A DNA stretch of 64,000 nt from Alphaproteobacteria bacterium. Lineage in GTDB: Bacteria > Pseudomonadota > Alphaproteobacteria > Bin95. The DNA is taken from the NCBI GenBank assembly GCA_965205265.1, contig CBDBGH010000003.1, positions 800,001 to 864,000 of the forward strand. Reading direction: 5' to 3'. A program made the position numbers and the translations under genes. Below the pieces are notes generated by a model. It was not told where the DNA came from and ran no database searches. It saw nothing but the letters and a program-made list of their open reading frames with translations. This document shows, piece by piece, positions 39,703-50,597 of this stretch; within the stretch, counting starts at the first letter, position 1, and every line of letters begins with the position of its first letter.

Positions 39703-40503
39703 ATGCACATTCTATCGATCCAGTCCTCGGTGGCGCGCGGTTTCGTCGGCAACCGCACGGCCGTCTTCGTGCTCCAGCGCCTCGGCCATCGGGTCACCTG
39801 CATCGATACGGTCGCCTATTCCAACCATCCCGCCCATGGCGGCTTCCGGGGCGAGGTGCATCCGGCGGAAAGCATCGACCGCATCGTGAGCGGGCTCGCG
39901 GAGCGCGGTTTCCTGGCGGACATCGATCTCGTCCTTTCCGGCTATCTGGGCTCGGCCGCCAATGCGGAAGCGGTGGCGCGCACGGTGGACCGCGTCGGCG
40001 CGCCCTACCTGCTCGACCCGGTGATGGGGGACGATCCGAAGGGACTGTTCGTGGCCCCCGACCTGCCCGATGCGATCCGGCGCGAACTGCTGCCGAGGGC
40101 CGCGGCCGCAACGCCCAACCGCTTCGAGCTTTCCCTGTTCGGGGCCCGCGAGGTGGACGGGCCGGCGCGAGCCGCCGAGCTTGCCGCCGGGCTCGGGCCC
40201 TCCCTCGTCGTGGCGACGAGCGTGCCGGCGGGGGAAGGGCGGATCGCCTGTGTCGGCGTATCGCAGGGTGAGGCCCGGCAGGCCGCAGTGCCGCGCATCG
40301 CGCATCCTGGTTACGGGGCGGGCGACCTGTTCGCGGCGTTGTTCGCGGCCCGGTGGCGGGAAGGCTGGGCGGAGGCCATGGCGCTCGCCGCCGGCACCGT
40401 CCACGCCACCATAGCCCGCTCGCCGGGGCGCGACCTCGATATCGTGGGAGCGCAGGCCCTTTTCGCCGACCCGCCGCCCCCGCCGCCGCTGGAGGCGGTC
40501 TGA
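39703..40503 (+). CDS. Pyridoxal kinase (PdxK/PdxY)
   Basis: ILSIQS.V..GFVGN, SNHP, LSGYLG, DPVMGD, TPNRFE, GAGDLF. Confidence 0.9.
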   Translation: MHILSIQSSVARGFVGNRTAVFVLQRLGHRVTCIDTVAYSNHPAHGGFRGEVHPAESIDRIVSGLAERGFLADIDLVLSGYLGSAANAEAVARTVDRVGAPYLLDPVMGDDPKGLFVAPDLPDAIRRELLPRAAAATPNRFELSLFGAREVDGPARAAELAAGLGPSLVVATSVPAGEGRIACVGVSQGEARQAAVPRIAHPGYGAGDLFAALFAARWREGWAEAMALAAGTVHATIARSPGRDLDIVGAQALFADPPPPPPLEAV

Positions 40504-40588
40504 CGCCGCCGGCCGGGTCCCGGAACCGACAAACCGCGGCCCGAATCCGGCAGAGGTGGCGCGGCAGGGCTGCGAAGACCCATCGGGC

Positions 40589-40606
40589 ATGTCATGAGAT
40601 GTCATG
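40589..40606 (-). repeat. 18-bp direct repeat, identical to 50807-50824
   Basis: ATGTCATGAGATGTCATG at both positions. Confidence 0.85.
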
Positions 40607-40689
40607 TTCGGGGCTCATATAGTCAGGTTGACAACAGGTTTGCGAGGCTTCGCACTTTCTCTCCGGCGCTACGCACGGGTGCCCCCTCC

Positions 40690-41290
40690 GTCATGCCCGG
40701 ACTTGTTCCATTGCTGTCCGGTTCAGCCATTGGGTGAGGCTGAACGGGGGTCCGCCGGGGGTTTCGGGGGCGCGCGGCGTCTGCGATCCGCCCCTTGCCC
40801 GTGAGGCTCGAACGCCCCCCTTCGGCAGGCTCAGGGCAGGCTCTTTCGTCATACCCGGACTTGTTCCACGGCTGTCCGGTTTAGTCATCGGGGGGAGCCG
40901 AACGGGGTGTCGGGAGCGCACTGCGTCTGCGATCCGCCCCTTGCCCGTGAGGCCCCAACGCCCTCCTTCGACAAGCTCAAGACAGGCTTCTCCGTCATAC
41001 CCGGACTTGTTCCGGGTATCCACACGGCCGCCCGGCTGAGCCGCTTGAGAGAGATACCCGGAACAAGTCCGGGTATGACGATATGGGGCGGGTATGACGA
41101 TGTGAGGGTAGGGACGCCGGGCGTCGATCCGGGTCCCGGTCCCGCCGAACCCCTCGAAACCCGGTTGAATTCGAGCCATACGTCCTGTCCATAAAATCTA
41201 AACCGGACAGCAATGGACTTGTTCCGGGCATCCCTCTCGACCGCTTCCGCCGGGCTGCAGCATGGATGGCTGGAACGAGTCCGGCCATGA
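40690..41290. repeat. Cluster of REP-like palindromic units (GTCAT[AG]CCCGGACTTGTTCC)
   Basis: Units at about 40690, 40848, 40993 and 41215, with an inverted partner at about 41055-41080; same family at 59135-59213. Confidence 0.85.
40709..41215. mobile_element. Non-autonomous MITE inserted in a REP-like palindrome
   Basis: 15-bp TIRs CATTGCTGTCCGGTT / AACCGGACAGCAATG, flanked by a 9-bp duplication GACTTGTTC (40700-40708, 41216-41224). Confidence 0.75.
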
Positions 41291-41889
41291 TGGAAGAAGT
41301 GTTGGCGGCCTCCCCATCCACCTGTCCACACAAGCTCCTCATGTTTTGTCATGAGGTCCGGCGGATGGAGACACTGTGCGATGTGTCATGATCTGCCAGT
41401 AGGAAACATAATTTATTTTGTTTTCAACGAGTTGCAAATGTATGGATTGAATTCGTCTTCATAGCGCAAGCGGATTCGATCAATCTCCGGTCGAGCCTTG
41501 TCAGATCCGGTCTGTCAGCCTGTGACGGCTATCGTGGCCGACTGTCACCAGTATTCGTGCGAGGCCGACAATTGGCAGCCTGCGGCAGTACGCCCTCAGG
41601 CTCGGTGATGCATACCGTGCCTTGCAGGTAGCAATGACCATAACCGAGTTTCTGGTTCGAACGAAGATCGTAGCGGTGCGCCACCCCCAAATTATCTGTC
41701 GCCTCCGTCTCAGGCGCTCCGGTGCCAATCGACGCGCCTTAACTCTTCCGAACAACGACCGTGCCCCTTCAGTCGGCGCCGATCTTGAAAAGCCGTCGAA
41801 CCCGTACCTGCTGCCCATGCGATCGGGAGCGTCCCCGCTGCCGGTTGAGGGGCACAATTCGCTATCGGCAGGCATACCCCTGCGGCTTG

Positions 41890-42152
41890 AACGGCAGGCC
41901 GACCTGCCCGACGATCTGGTGCTCATCCCCGGTGTGATCGACAGCACCACCAACTATGTCGAGCACCCGCGCAACGTCGCCGACCGCATCCTGCGCTTCG
42001 CCGACATCGTCGGACGGGAACGGGTGATCGTCGGAACCGACTGCGGATTCTCGACGTTTGCGGGATACGGCGTTGTGGACCCCGAGATTGTCTTCGCAAA
42101 ACTCCGGGCGCTTGCCGAGGGGGCGGCAATCGCAAGCGAAGAGCTGTTCTGA
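41890..42152 (+). pseudogene. 3' fragment of a cobalamin-independent methionine synthase II-family gene
   Basis: LIPGVIDSTTNYVEHP..VADRI, GTDCGFSTF, KLRALAEGA; the upstream frame is not homologous. Confidence 0.8.
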
Positions 42153-42404
42153 AGCGATTTGCCGCTCTGCGAATTGCGGTTGCCGCCGAGCCGTCAGACC
42201 GAACCGGAAGCCGTGTTTCGGTTCCTTATTCCCGTTAACGCGTTCCCGGCGGGCCGTCGCATCGGCGACAGTCCACAAGAGCGTCGCAGAGTAGTTGCCA
42301 TAGCCTGACGCCAGGCTCCACAGGTCTGCCTGGCGCATTCGCCGCTTCGCCCGTTCCTTCTTGTATGCTGAGACTCCATCGGTCACGGAATACGGCAGAT
42401 TGAT

Positions 42405-43346
42405 ATGATTCTGAGCTGTGGCGAGGCGCTCTTCGACCTTTTTCCTTCTACAGCAACGGATACGGGCTTTGTCTTCGATGCGCGCGTCGGCGGCTCGCCC
42501 TTCAACGTCGCCGTCGGTCTCTCGCGCCTGGGCCGCGAGGCTGCGCTCTTTACGGGCCTATCCACGGATCCGCTGGGACGCCGGCTCGAACGGACGCTCC
42601 AGGAAGAGGGCGTGGATACGGCATATATCGTCAGCAAGCAGAACCCGACGACGCTGGCGCTTGTCGGCCTCGATGCCGGGGGCATTCCGCACTACAGCTT
42701 TTACGGCCACGACGCTGCCGATTGCTCGATCAGCGAAACGGATTTGCCCGATCTGCAGCAGTCGGTAACGGCCATCCATTTCGGTTCCTACTCGCTGGTG
42801 GTCGAGCCTACCGGCACCTCACTACTGGAGTTCGCCCGGCGCCATCGTGGCCGGAAGCTCATCTCGCTCGATCCCAATCTCCGCTTGACGGTGGAACCGG
42901 ATATGGGCCGGTGGCACCGACGGGTCGAGGCGTTCTCGGCGATCGCGGACCTTATCAAGGCAAGCGACGAAGAGCTCGAACTGTTGTTCCCCGGCGACGG
43001 GATCGACAGCGCGGTCGGTCGCTGGAGCGCCCGGGGCGTGCAACTTGTCGTGGTTACCCGCGGCGGCGAGGGGGCCCTGGTTTCCCTCCGGGGCGAAGTC
43101 TTCGAGGTGCCGGGCCGCACGGTCGAGGTTGTCGATACGGTTGGTGCCGGCGACAGCTTTCAGGCCGGGCTGCTCTCTGGCCTGGACGGGCTCGGCAAGG
43201 CGACGAAGCAGGGCCTCGCGCAGCTGTCGCTTGAGGAATGCCGCGGGGTTGTCGCCTTCGCCACGGAGGCGGCGGCCGTCACCTGCACGCGCCGCGGCGC
43301 CGACCTGCCCCGTCGCCCCGACCTGCCGGCGCTCCGAACCGGATGA
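42405..43346 (+). CDS. PfkB carbohydrate kinase (fructokinase-like)
   Basis: CGEALFD, GGSPFNVA, DPNLR, VDTVGAGDSF. Confidence 0.92.
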   Translation: MILSCGEALFDLFPSTATDTGFVFDARVGGSPFNVAVGLSRLGREAALFTGLSTDPLGRRLERTLQEEGVDTAYIVSKQNPTTLALVGLDAGGIPHYSFYGHDAADCSISETDLPDLQQSVTAIHFGSYSLVVEPTGTSLLEFARRHRGRKLISLDPNLRLTVEPDMGRWHRRVEAFSAIADLIKASDEELELLFPGDGIDSAVGRWSARGVQLVVVTRGGEGALVSLRGEVFEVPGRTVEVVDTVGAGDSFQAGLLSGLDGLGKATKQGLAQLSLEECRGVVAFATEAAAVTCTRRGADLPRRPDLPALRTG

Positions 43347-43479
43347 CCCGTCCGGGCTGCGGCATGCGCTGCGGGCCGCCCATTGTGTGAAATCGCGCCG
43401 CTATGTGAACTCGCGGGAATATGTTTGAATTTGCGGCTGCATCGGCACGGCCCCATAGTCGCGAGGGAACCAGGACGGG

Positions 43480-44736
43480 ATGGGAGGCGGAGAGTCCACC
43501 GGCCTCAGGGCCTATAACGAGCGTCTGATGATCGCCGCAATCAGGCAGGCGGGCGCCTTGTCGAAGGCGGAAATCGCGCGCACGACCGGGCTCAGCGGCC
43601 AGGCCGCCACGGTAATCGTGAACTCCCTGCTCGACGACGGGCTCCTCGTCAAGCGCGAGAAGGTACGCGGGCGGGTCGGAAAGCCCATCACGCCGGTCGC
43701 GCTCAATCCCGAAGGGGCCTTTTCCCTGGGCGTCAAGATCGGCCGCCGCAGCCTCGAGGCCCTCCTGGTCGATTTCGGCGGCGCTGCTGTCGCGTCCCGG
43801 TCCGTGCCCTATCCGGCCCCGCTTCCGGCGCAGACAATGGAGCTGGCGAAAGAGACGGCCCTGGAGCTCGTCGGCTCCCTGGAACGCCGCCTGCGCGACC
43901 GAATTGTCGGACTCGGCGTTGCCATGCCCTGGGTCATGTACGAATGGTCGGACGTGCTCGGCCTGGAACGCGAGGCAATCGCGGCATGGCGCGAAATCGA
44001 TGTCGCTACCGAGTTCGAATCCGCAACCGATCTGCCGGTGTCGCTCTACAACGATGCTACCGCCGCCTGCGCCGCGGAGATGATCGCCGGTAACGGGATC
44101 GACCGGGGCAGCGCGCTCTACATCTATCTCGGCACCTTCGTCGGCGGCGGGGTCGTCATCGACGGCCGGCTCTACCGGGGCCGGCAGTTCAATGCGGGCG
44201 CGCTCGGCTCAATGCCGATGGACGGGACCGACGGCGACGGGCGGCCCCATCAGCTCATTCACCAGGCATCGGTGATCGATCTGGAACGGGCGCTGGCAGC
44301 GGGCGGATTCGACGCCTCCGAGATGCTGAGTCCGCAGGTCACCGTGAAGGCCGAGGCCATCTTCGACGCCTGGCTGCAGCGCGCGGTCGCCGCCCTTGCC
44401 CGCGCCGTCGTATCGGCCATGAGCGTGGTGGACTTCGAAGAAGTGGTAATTGACGGGCTTCTCCGCCCCGACTGGCGCCGCCGCGTGGTCGAGGGCGTGA
44501 GCCGCGCATACGCCCGGTTCGACCGCACCGGCCTTTCGCCCATCGAAATCGCGACAGGCTCCATCGGGCCGCAGGCGCGGGTCCTCGGCGCTGCGCTGCT
44601 ACCCCTGATCGGACGGTTCTCCCCGGACACGGAGTTGCTGGTGAAGGCCGCGGGAGGCCCAAAAGCGGCCACCCCCCGGTCCCCGGCCGATACGGGAAGA
44701 CCGGAGCCGACAGGAGCAGCGGGAGACGCGGCATGA
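43480..44736 (+). CDS. ROK family transcriptional regulator
   Basis: N-terminal HTH (SKAEIARTTGLS), YNDATAAC.AE, GTFVGGG, NAGALG. Confidence 0.9.
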   Translation: MGGGESTGLRAYNERLMIAAIRQAGALSKAEIARTTGLSGQAATVIVNSLLDDGLLVKREKVRGRVGKPITPVALNPEGAFSLGVKIGRRSLEALLVDFGGAAVASRSVPYPAPLPAQTMELAKETALELVGSLERRLRDRIVGLGVAMPWVMYEWSDVLGLEREAIAAWREIDVATEFESATDLPVSLYNDATAACAAEMIAGNGIDRGSALYIYLGTFVGGGVVIDGRLYRGRQFNAGALGSMPMDGTDGDGRPHQLIHQASVIDLERALAAGGFDASEMLSPQVTVKAEAIFDAWLQRAVAALARAVVSAMSVVDFEEVVIDGLLRPDWRRRVVEGVSRAYARFDRTGLSPIEIATGSIGPQARVLGAALLPLIGRFSPDTELLVKAAGGPKAATPRSPADTGRPEPTGAAGDAA

Positions 44737-44840
44737 GCACTGCGCAGGCGGCCGGCCCAAATTGCTCTTGACTCGCTGGCGCATGCGTCATTTAGTCAAT
44801 CAGATTGGGAAACTTGGGACAATCACGGGAGAGAAACCGG

Positions 44841-46160
44841 ATGCGGTTGAAGACCACAATCTGTGCGGCCGGCGCGGCCGCGCTTCTGGCGGCGACCGGA
44901 GCCTACGCCGACTCGCACGCCACGACCGTCACCATTGCGACCGTCAACAACGGCGACATGATCCGCATGCAGGGGCTGACGGAGGACTTCACGTCCCGGC
45001 ACCCCGATATCGAGCTCGAATGGGTGACGCTGGAAGAAAACGTTCTGCGCCAGCGCGTTACCCAGGACATCGCTGCGAAGGGCGGCCAGTTCGACGTTCT
45101 GACCATCGGCACCTACGAGGTTCCGATCTGGGGCAACAACGGCTGGCTCGTCTCGCTGAACGACCTGCCGGCGGAATGGGATGTCGACGACCTTCTGCCG
45201 GCCATCCGCTCCGGCCTGACCGTCGATGGCGAACTCTATGCCGCGCCGTTCTACGGCGAGAGCTCCATGGTGATGTACCGGACCGACCTGATGGAAAAGG
45301 CCGGCCTGGAGATGCCGGATGCGCCGACCTGGGCCTTCATCAAGGAAGCCGCGGCGGCGATGACCGACAAGGACGGGGAAATCTACGGCGTCTGCCTGCG
45401 CGGCAAGGCCGGCTGGGGCGAGAACATGGCGTTCCTGACCGCCACCTCGAATTCTTTCGGCGCGCGCTGGTTCGACGAGGACTGGAAGCCCCAGTTCGAC
45501 AGCGAGGCCTGGGCTAACACGCTCAACTTCTACATGGACCTTATGACCAACTACGGTCCTCCGGGCGCCTCGACCAACGGGTTCAATGAAAATCTGTCGC
45601 TGTTCCAGCAGGGCAAGTGCGGCATGTGGATCGACGCGACCGTAGCAGCCTCCTTCGTGACCAATCCGAAGGACTCGACCGTGGCCGACAGTGTCGGCTT
45701 CGCTCTGGCGCCGGACAATGGGCTCGGCAAGCGCGGAAACTGGCTCTGGGCGTGGTCGTTGGCGATCCCGGCGGGCTCGGACGCCACGGACGCGGCGAAA
45801 AAGTTCATCGCTTGGGCGACCGGCAAGGGCTACACTGAGCTGGTAGCGTCGAAGGAAGGCTGGGCCAACGTTCCGCCGGGCACGCGGACCTCGCTCTACG
45901 AGAACGCGGCCTATCTCGAGGCGGCACCGTTCGCCCGGATGACGCTAAATTCGATCAACGCGGCCGACCCCAAGCAGCCGACCGTCGATCCGGTGCCCTA
46001 TACCGGCGTGCAGTTTGTCGCGATCCCGGAATTTGCGGGAATCGCCACGCAGGTGGGGCAGGAGTTCTCGGCCGCGCTCGCCGGCCAGCAGACCGTCGCC
46101 GAGGCGCTCGAGAAGGCGCAGGCCCTGACGGCCGACGAAATGGAAGCCGCCGGCTACTAG
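44841..46160 (+). CDS. smoE: Sorbitol/mannitol ABC transporter substrate-binding protein
   Basis: TIATVNNGDMIRMQ, WVTLEENVLRQ, RGKAGWGEN, GVQFVAIPEF. Confidence 0.9.
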   Translation: MRLKTTICAAGAAALLAATGAYADSHATTVTIATVNNGDMIRMQGLTEDFTSRHPDIELEWVTLEENVLRQRVTQDIAAKGGQFDVLTIGTYEVPIWGNNGWLVSLNDLPAEWDVDDLLPAIRSGLTVDGELYAAPFYGESSMVMYRTDLMEKAGLEMPDAPTWAFIKEAAAAMTDKDGEIYGVCLRGKAGWGENMAFLTATSNSFGARWFDEDWKPQFDSEAWANTLNFYMDLMTNYGPPGASTNGFNENLSLFQQGKCGMWIDATVAASFVTNPKDSTVADSVGFALAPDNGLGKRGNWLWAWSLAIPAGSDATDAAKKFIAWATGKGYTELVASKEGWANVPPGTRTSLYENAAYLEAAPFARMTLNSINAADPKQPTVDPVPYTGVQFVAIPEFAGIATQVGQEFSAALAGQQTVAEALEKAQALTADEMEAAGY

Positions 46161-46340
46161 CGATTCCGCCCACAAATCCCTGTCGACCGAAAGTCGCAGA
46201 GTTCCGCCAACCCGAAAGGCCGAAGACAAGAATAAGCAGGTCTTTCCAGCCAACCGCCGCGCCGGAGGGCGGCACCGGTCTCCCTCCGGCGCGGCAATCG
46301 TCTCCGGTTTATCCCGGTCCGGTCCGGAAGGAGATGCGTC

Positions 46341-47207
46341 GTGGCTACCCAGCATTCCAGATCCGCCGCCCGAGCGATGATGGCGCCCGCGGTCTTCCTG
46401 CTCCTCGTCTGGATGCTGGTGCCGCTTACCATGACGCTCTACTTCTCGTTCAAACGCTACCTGCCACTTCGCGGCGGCGACCTGGGATGGGTCGGCTTCG
46501 ACAATTACATCCGCTTCGTCACGTCGAGCTCCTTCTGGCCGAGCGTGCAGACCACGCTCGTCATCGTGGGCGGCGTGCTCGCGGTCACGGTGGTTCTGGG
46601 AGTGCTGCTGGCGCTCCTGCTGGATCAGCCCATGTGGGGGCAGGGCGTCGTCCGGATCCTGGTTATCGCGCCGTTCTTCGTGATGCCGACGGTTTCCGCG
46701 CTGGTCTGGAAGAACATGTTCATGGACCCCGTAAACGGGCTGTTTGCGCATCTCTGGAAGTTCTTCGGCCTGGCGCCGCTGGAGTGGCTCAGCCAGGCTT
46801 CGCTCCTATCCATCATCCTTATCGTGTCCTGGCAATGGCTGCCCTTCGCGACGCTGATCCTGCTGACGGCAATCCAGTCGCTCGACAGCGAGCAGCTGGA
46901 AGCGGCGGAGATGGACGGCGCCGCTCCGCTGTCACGGTTCGGCCACATCATCCTCCCGCACCTCAGTCAGGCCATCACGATCGTCATTCTGATCCAGACG
47001 ATCTTCCTCCTGTCGATCTTTGCCGAAATCTTCGTCACCACGCAGGGCTCTTTCGGAACCCGTACGCTGACCTACCTGATCTTCCAGCGCGTGCTGGAGA
47101 GCCAGAATGTGGGGCTTGGGTCGGCAGGCGGCGTCTATGCGATCATTCTCGCCAATATCGTGGCGCTCTTCCTCATGCGCATCGTCGGCAAGAACCTGGA
47201 TTCGTGA
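46341..47207 (+). CDS. smoF: Polyol ABC permease
   Basis: MATQHSRS, IAPFFVMPTV, EAAEMDGA. Confidence 0.9.
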   Translation: MATQHSRSAARAMMAPAVFLLLVWMLVPLTMTLYFSFKRYLPLRGGDLGWVGFDNYIRFVTSSSFWPSVQTTLVIVGGVLAVTVVLGVLLALLLDQPMWGQGVVRILVIAPFFVMPTVSALVWKNMFMDPVNGLFAHLWKFFGLAPLEWLSQASLLSIILIVSWQWLPFATLILLTAIQSLDSEQLEAAEMDGAAPLSRFGHIILPHLSQAITIVILIQTIFLLSIFAEIFVTTQGSFGTRTLTYLIFQRVLESQNVGLGSAGGVYAIILANIVALFLMRIVGKNLDS

Positions 47208-47219
47208 GGAGCAATAGCT

Positions 47220-48050
47220 ATGGCACGAGCTGTCACGAACCAGCGCAAGACCGTCAACACCGCCATCGCCTGGGCAATCGGCCTGTTGATCTTCTTCCCG
47301 GTCCTCTGGACGATCCTGACGAGTTTCAAGACCGAGGCCGAGGCGATCGCCGACCCGCCGGTCTTTCTCTTCTTCAACTGGACCCTGGAGAATTACTCGG
47401 TTGTCCAGGAGCGTTCGGACTATATGCGCTTCCTGTGGAATTCGGTGATCATCGCCGGCGTCTCCACGCTTGTCGGAATCGTCGTCGCCGTTCCCGCCGC
47501 ATGGTCCATGGCCTTCGTACCGTCGAGGCGGACCAAGGACGTCCTGCTCTGGATGCTGTCGACCAAAATGCTGCCGGCGGTGGGCGCCCTCTATCCGATC
47601 TACCTGATCTTCATCGAACTCGGGCTCCTCGACACGCGCGCCGGCCTCGTCCTCGTGATGATGCTGATAAACCTGCCGATCATCGTCTGGATGCTCTACA
47701 CCTATTTCAGGGAAATCCCCGGCGAGATCCTGGAAGCGGCGCGGATGGACGGCGCATCGCTCAGGAACGAGATTCTCTACGTGCTGACGCCCATGGCCGT
47801 TCCGGGCATCGCCTCTACCCTTCTTCTGAATTTCATCCTGGCCTGGAACGAGGCATTCTGGACGCTGAACCTGACCGCGGCCAAGGCCGGCCCGCTCACG
47901 GCCTTCATCGCCAGCTATTCAAGCCCCGAGGGTCTGTTCTACGCCAAGCTGAGCGCCGCCTCGACCATGGCCATCGCGCCGATCCTCATCCTTGGATGGT
48001 TCAGCCAGAAACAACTCGTCCGCGGCCTGACCTTCGGCGCGGTGAAGTGA
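47220..48050 (+). CDS. smoG: Polyol ABC permease
   Basis: [32 protein letters not shown]. Confidence 0.9.
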   Translation: MARAVTNQRKTVNTAIAWAIGLLIFFPVLWTILTSFKTEAEAIADPPVFLFFNWTLENYSVVQERSDYMRFLWNSVIIAGVSTLVGIVVAVPAAWSMAFVPSRRTKDVLLWMLSTKMLPAVGALYPIYLIFIELGLLDTRAGLVLVMMLINLPIIVWMLYTYFREIPGEILEAARMDGASLRNEILYVLTPMAVPGIASTLLLNFILAWNEAFWTLNLTAAKAGPLTAFIASYSSPEGLFYAKLSAASTMAIAPILILGWFSQKQLVRGLTFGAVK

Positions 48051-48060
48051 GGACAAAGCT

Positions 48061-49065
48061 ATGGGACGCATCGTTCTCGACAAGGTGGAAAAGTCCTTCG
48101 GCGACGTGAAGGTAATTCCACCTCTCGACCTCGAGATCGAAGACGGCGAGTTCGTCGTCTTCGTCGGCCCGTCCGGTTGCGGCAAGTCCACACTCCTTCG
48201 GTTGATTGCGGGGCTTGAGGACGTTACCGGAGGCACGATCCGGATCGATGGGGAGGACGCGACATCGGTGCCACCGGCCCGACGCGGCCTCGCGATGGTG
48301 TTCCAGTCCTACGCGCTCTATCCGCACATGACGGTCCGCAAGAACATCAGCTTTCCTCTGCGGATGGCGAAGCTGGACAAGGCCGAGCAGGACCGGCGCG
48401 TCGAACAGGCGGCCGGGGTCCTGAACCTGACCGACTATCTCGACCGCCGGCCGGGCCAGCTTTCGGGCGGTCAGCGCCAGCGAGTCGCCATCGGTCGCGC
48501 CATAGTTCGCGAGCCGGCGGCCTTCCTCTTCGACGAACCCCTCTCGAACCTGGACGCGGCGCTGCGAGTGGGCATGCGCCTCGAGATCAGCGAGCTGCAC
48601 AAGCGCCTTGAGACCACGATGATCTATGTCACCCACGACCAGGTCGAGGCGATGACCATGGCCGACAAGATCGTCGTCCTGCAGGCCGGGAGGATCGAGC
48701 AGGTCGGCTCACCGCTGGAACTCTATCGTTCGCCCCGGAACAGGTTCGTGGCGGGTTTCATCGGCTCTCCCAAGATGAACTTTCTGGAAGGGCCGGAAGC
48801 GGAGAAACTCGACGCGCAAACGATCGGCATCCGGCCCGAGCACATTGCGCCGTCGCCGGACAAAGGCGCGTGGAAGGGTCGTGTAGGCGTATCGGAGCAT
48901 CTCGGCTCGGACACGTTCTTCCATGTCCACATGGAAGGTTATGCCGACCCGATCACCGTGCGGTCGGGCGGTGAAGTGGATATGCACCACGGCGACACGA
49001 TCTATCTGACCCCGGATGCGGGGCACATCTACCGGTTCGACAGCCAGGGTCTGAGGATCGCCTGA
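48061..49065 (+). CDS. smoK: Polyol ABC ATPase
   Basis: [25 protein letters not shown]. Confidence 0.92.
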   Translation: MGRIVLDKVEKSFGDVKVIPPLDLEIEDGEFVVFVGPSGCGKSTLLRLIAGLEDVTGGTIRIDGEDATSVPPARRGLAMVFQSYALYPHMTVRKNISFPLRMAKLDKAEQDRRVEQAAGVLNLTDYLDRRPGQLSGGQRQRVAIGRAIVREPAAFLFDEPLSNLDAALRVGMRLEISELHKRLETTMIYVTHDQVEAMTMADKIVVLQAGRIEQVGSPLELYRSPRNRFVAGFIGSPKMNFLEGPEAEKLDAQTIGIRPEHIAPSPDKGAWKGRVGVSEHLGSDTFFHVHMEGYADPITVRSGGEVDMHHGDTIYLTPDAGHIYRFDSQGLRIA

Positions 49066-49094
49066 GGCGGCTCGAAGGGAAATCGACCCGAGCC

Positions 49095-50597
49095 CTACGG
49101 GGCGATGTAGGTCTGCAAGGCGGCTTCGCAGCCGCCCGACCAGATCTTTTCGAGCCAGCGCCCGAACGCCCCGGCGAAACGCAGCGCCTCTGCCAGGTCG
49201 CCGTAGAACTGGCGTTGCGCCAGCCAAGCGCGCGGATCGGCCCGCGCTGCATTCGCGGCGGAGCGAAGCGCGTCCCAGTGCGGGTCGTTCGGTTCAATTG
49301 CGGAGCCGTCCTCGCGCGTCCCCGCGCACATGCGCGCCCAGAGCGCCTCGACCAGCGCAAGCCCCTCGACCGGCGCGCCGGTCCTGAGACCGTCACGAAT
49401 GCTCGGCAGCACGAAGCCCGGATGGCGTGACGATCCGTCGAAGGCGACGCGCCGCACCGTGTCACCGATGGCGGGGTTCGAAAAGCGGCGGTCGATCAAG
49501 TCCACATATTCGTCCGGGGTAAAGCCGGGAACCGGTTTGACATGAGGCGCAATCTCATAGCGCTGCACCTTGCGAAAGAAAGTGCGAAGCAAGGACTCGG
49601 CCATGCAATCCGATATGGTTTCGATAGACAGGAGTTCGCCCACGTTCGAAACGATCTGGTGTCCCCCGTTGAGGATGCGGATCTTCATCGCCTCGTAATC
49701 GTGGATCCTGTCCGAGAAAGTGGCGCCCACACGCTCCCAGTCCGGACGCCCGACGCGGAAATCGTCCTCGATGACCCACTGGCGGAAGTTCTCGTGCGTG
49801 ACGGGAACCGCGTCGTCGATGCCGAATGCCTGCGAAAGCGCCAGCTCCTCCGGTCCGGTTCGCGGCACGATGCAATCGACCATCGAGTTCGGAAACGAGC
49901 AGTTCGCGTCGATCCACGCGGCAAGGCCGGGATCGGACGCCTGTGCGAGCGAGACCACGGCCTGGCGCAGCGCAGCGCCGTTGCCGACGAGATTGTCGCA
50001 GCTCTGGCCGGTGAACGGGTTAATGCCCTCCTCGCGCCTGAGCCTGAGCGCCGCAACCATCGCGCCGAACGCCGTTCGCGGGCGGTCCGGGAATGCTATG
50101 TCGTGCCGGATGTCGGCATGCGTCTCGTCGAAGCCCTTTGTTGCGGGATCGACATAGTATCCGCTCTCGGTCACCGTCAGTGAGACGATCCGGATTGCGG
50201 GGTCGGCCATTTGGCGGATCAAGGCAGCGTTGCCTGATTCGACTGGCAGATAGTCGATCATCGCGCCGGCCACCTCCGCCGACTTGCCGGACGGGTCGAG
50301 TTCGATCAACGTCGACAGGCAGTCCTGCCTCAAGAGCTTCTCGCGCTGGAGCGCATCGTATTGACGGACTCCGGCCCCGACGATTGCCCAGTCGCGGTCG
50401 AGGCCGAGCTGAAACAGCCGGTGCAGATACCAGGCCTGGTGCGCGCGGTGGAAGTTGCCGAGCCCGATATGGACGATCCCCGGTGTCAGAGCCGCCCGGT
50501 CGTAGATCGGCCGGGCAACCGTTTCCGGCAGGTCATTCAGCGTGGCGTCGGAGAGTTGGATCAAAGTCGGGCTTTCGAATTCCGATCGACCGATCAT
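49095..50597 (-). CDS. mtlK: Mannitol dehydrogenase family (mannitol 2-dehydrogenase-like)
   Basis: GIVHIGLGNFHRAHQA, SCDNL, FPNSMVD.IVP, QWVIED, KIRILNGGH; start may be TTG at 50564. Confidence 0.88.
   Translation of the reverse strand: MIGRSEFESPTLIQLSDATLNDLPETVARPIYDRAALTPGIVHIGLGNFHRAHQAWYLHRLFQLGLDRDWAIVGAGVRQYDALQREKLLRQDCLSTLIELDPSGKSAEVAGAMIDYLPVESGNAALIRQMADPAIRIVSLTVTESGYYVDPATKGFDETHADIRHDIAFPDRPRTAFGAMVAALRLRREEGINPFTGQSCDNLVGNGAALRQAVVSLAQASDPGLAAWIDANCSFPNSMVDCIVPRTGPEELALSQAFGIDDAVPVTHENFRQWVIEDDFRVGRPDWERVGATFSDRIHDYEAMKIRILNGGHQIVSNVGELLSIETISDCMAESLLRTFFRKVQRYEIAPHVKPVPGFTPDEYVDLIDRRFSNPAIGDTVRRVAFDGSSRHPGFVLPSIRDGLRTGAPVEGLALVEALWARMCAGTREDGSAIEPNDPHWDALRSAANAARADPRAWLAQRQFYGDLAEALRFAGAFGRWLEKIWSGGCEAALQTYIAP

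Noticed and set aside
40690-41290. Repeat cluster as a CRISPR array or small-protein genes
   Set aside because: Intervening segments are about 130 bp and homologous to each other; repeats occur in both orientations; the ORFs are translations of REP palindromes.
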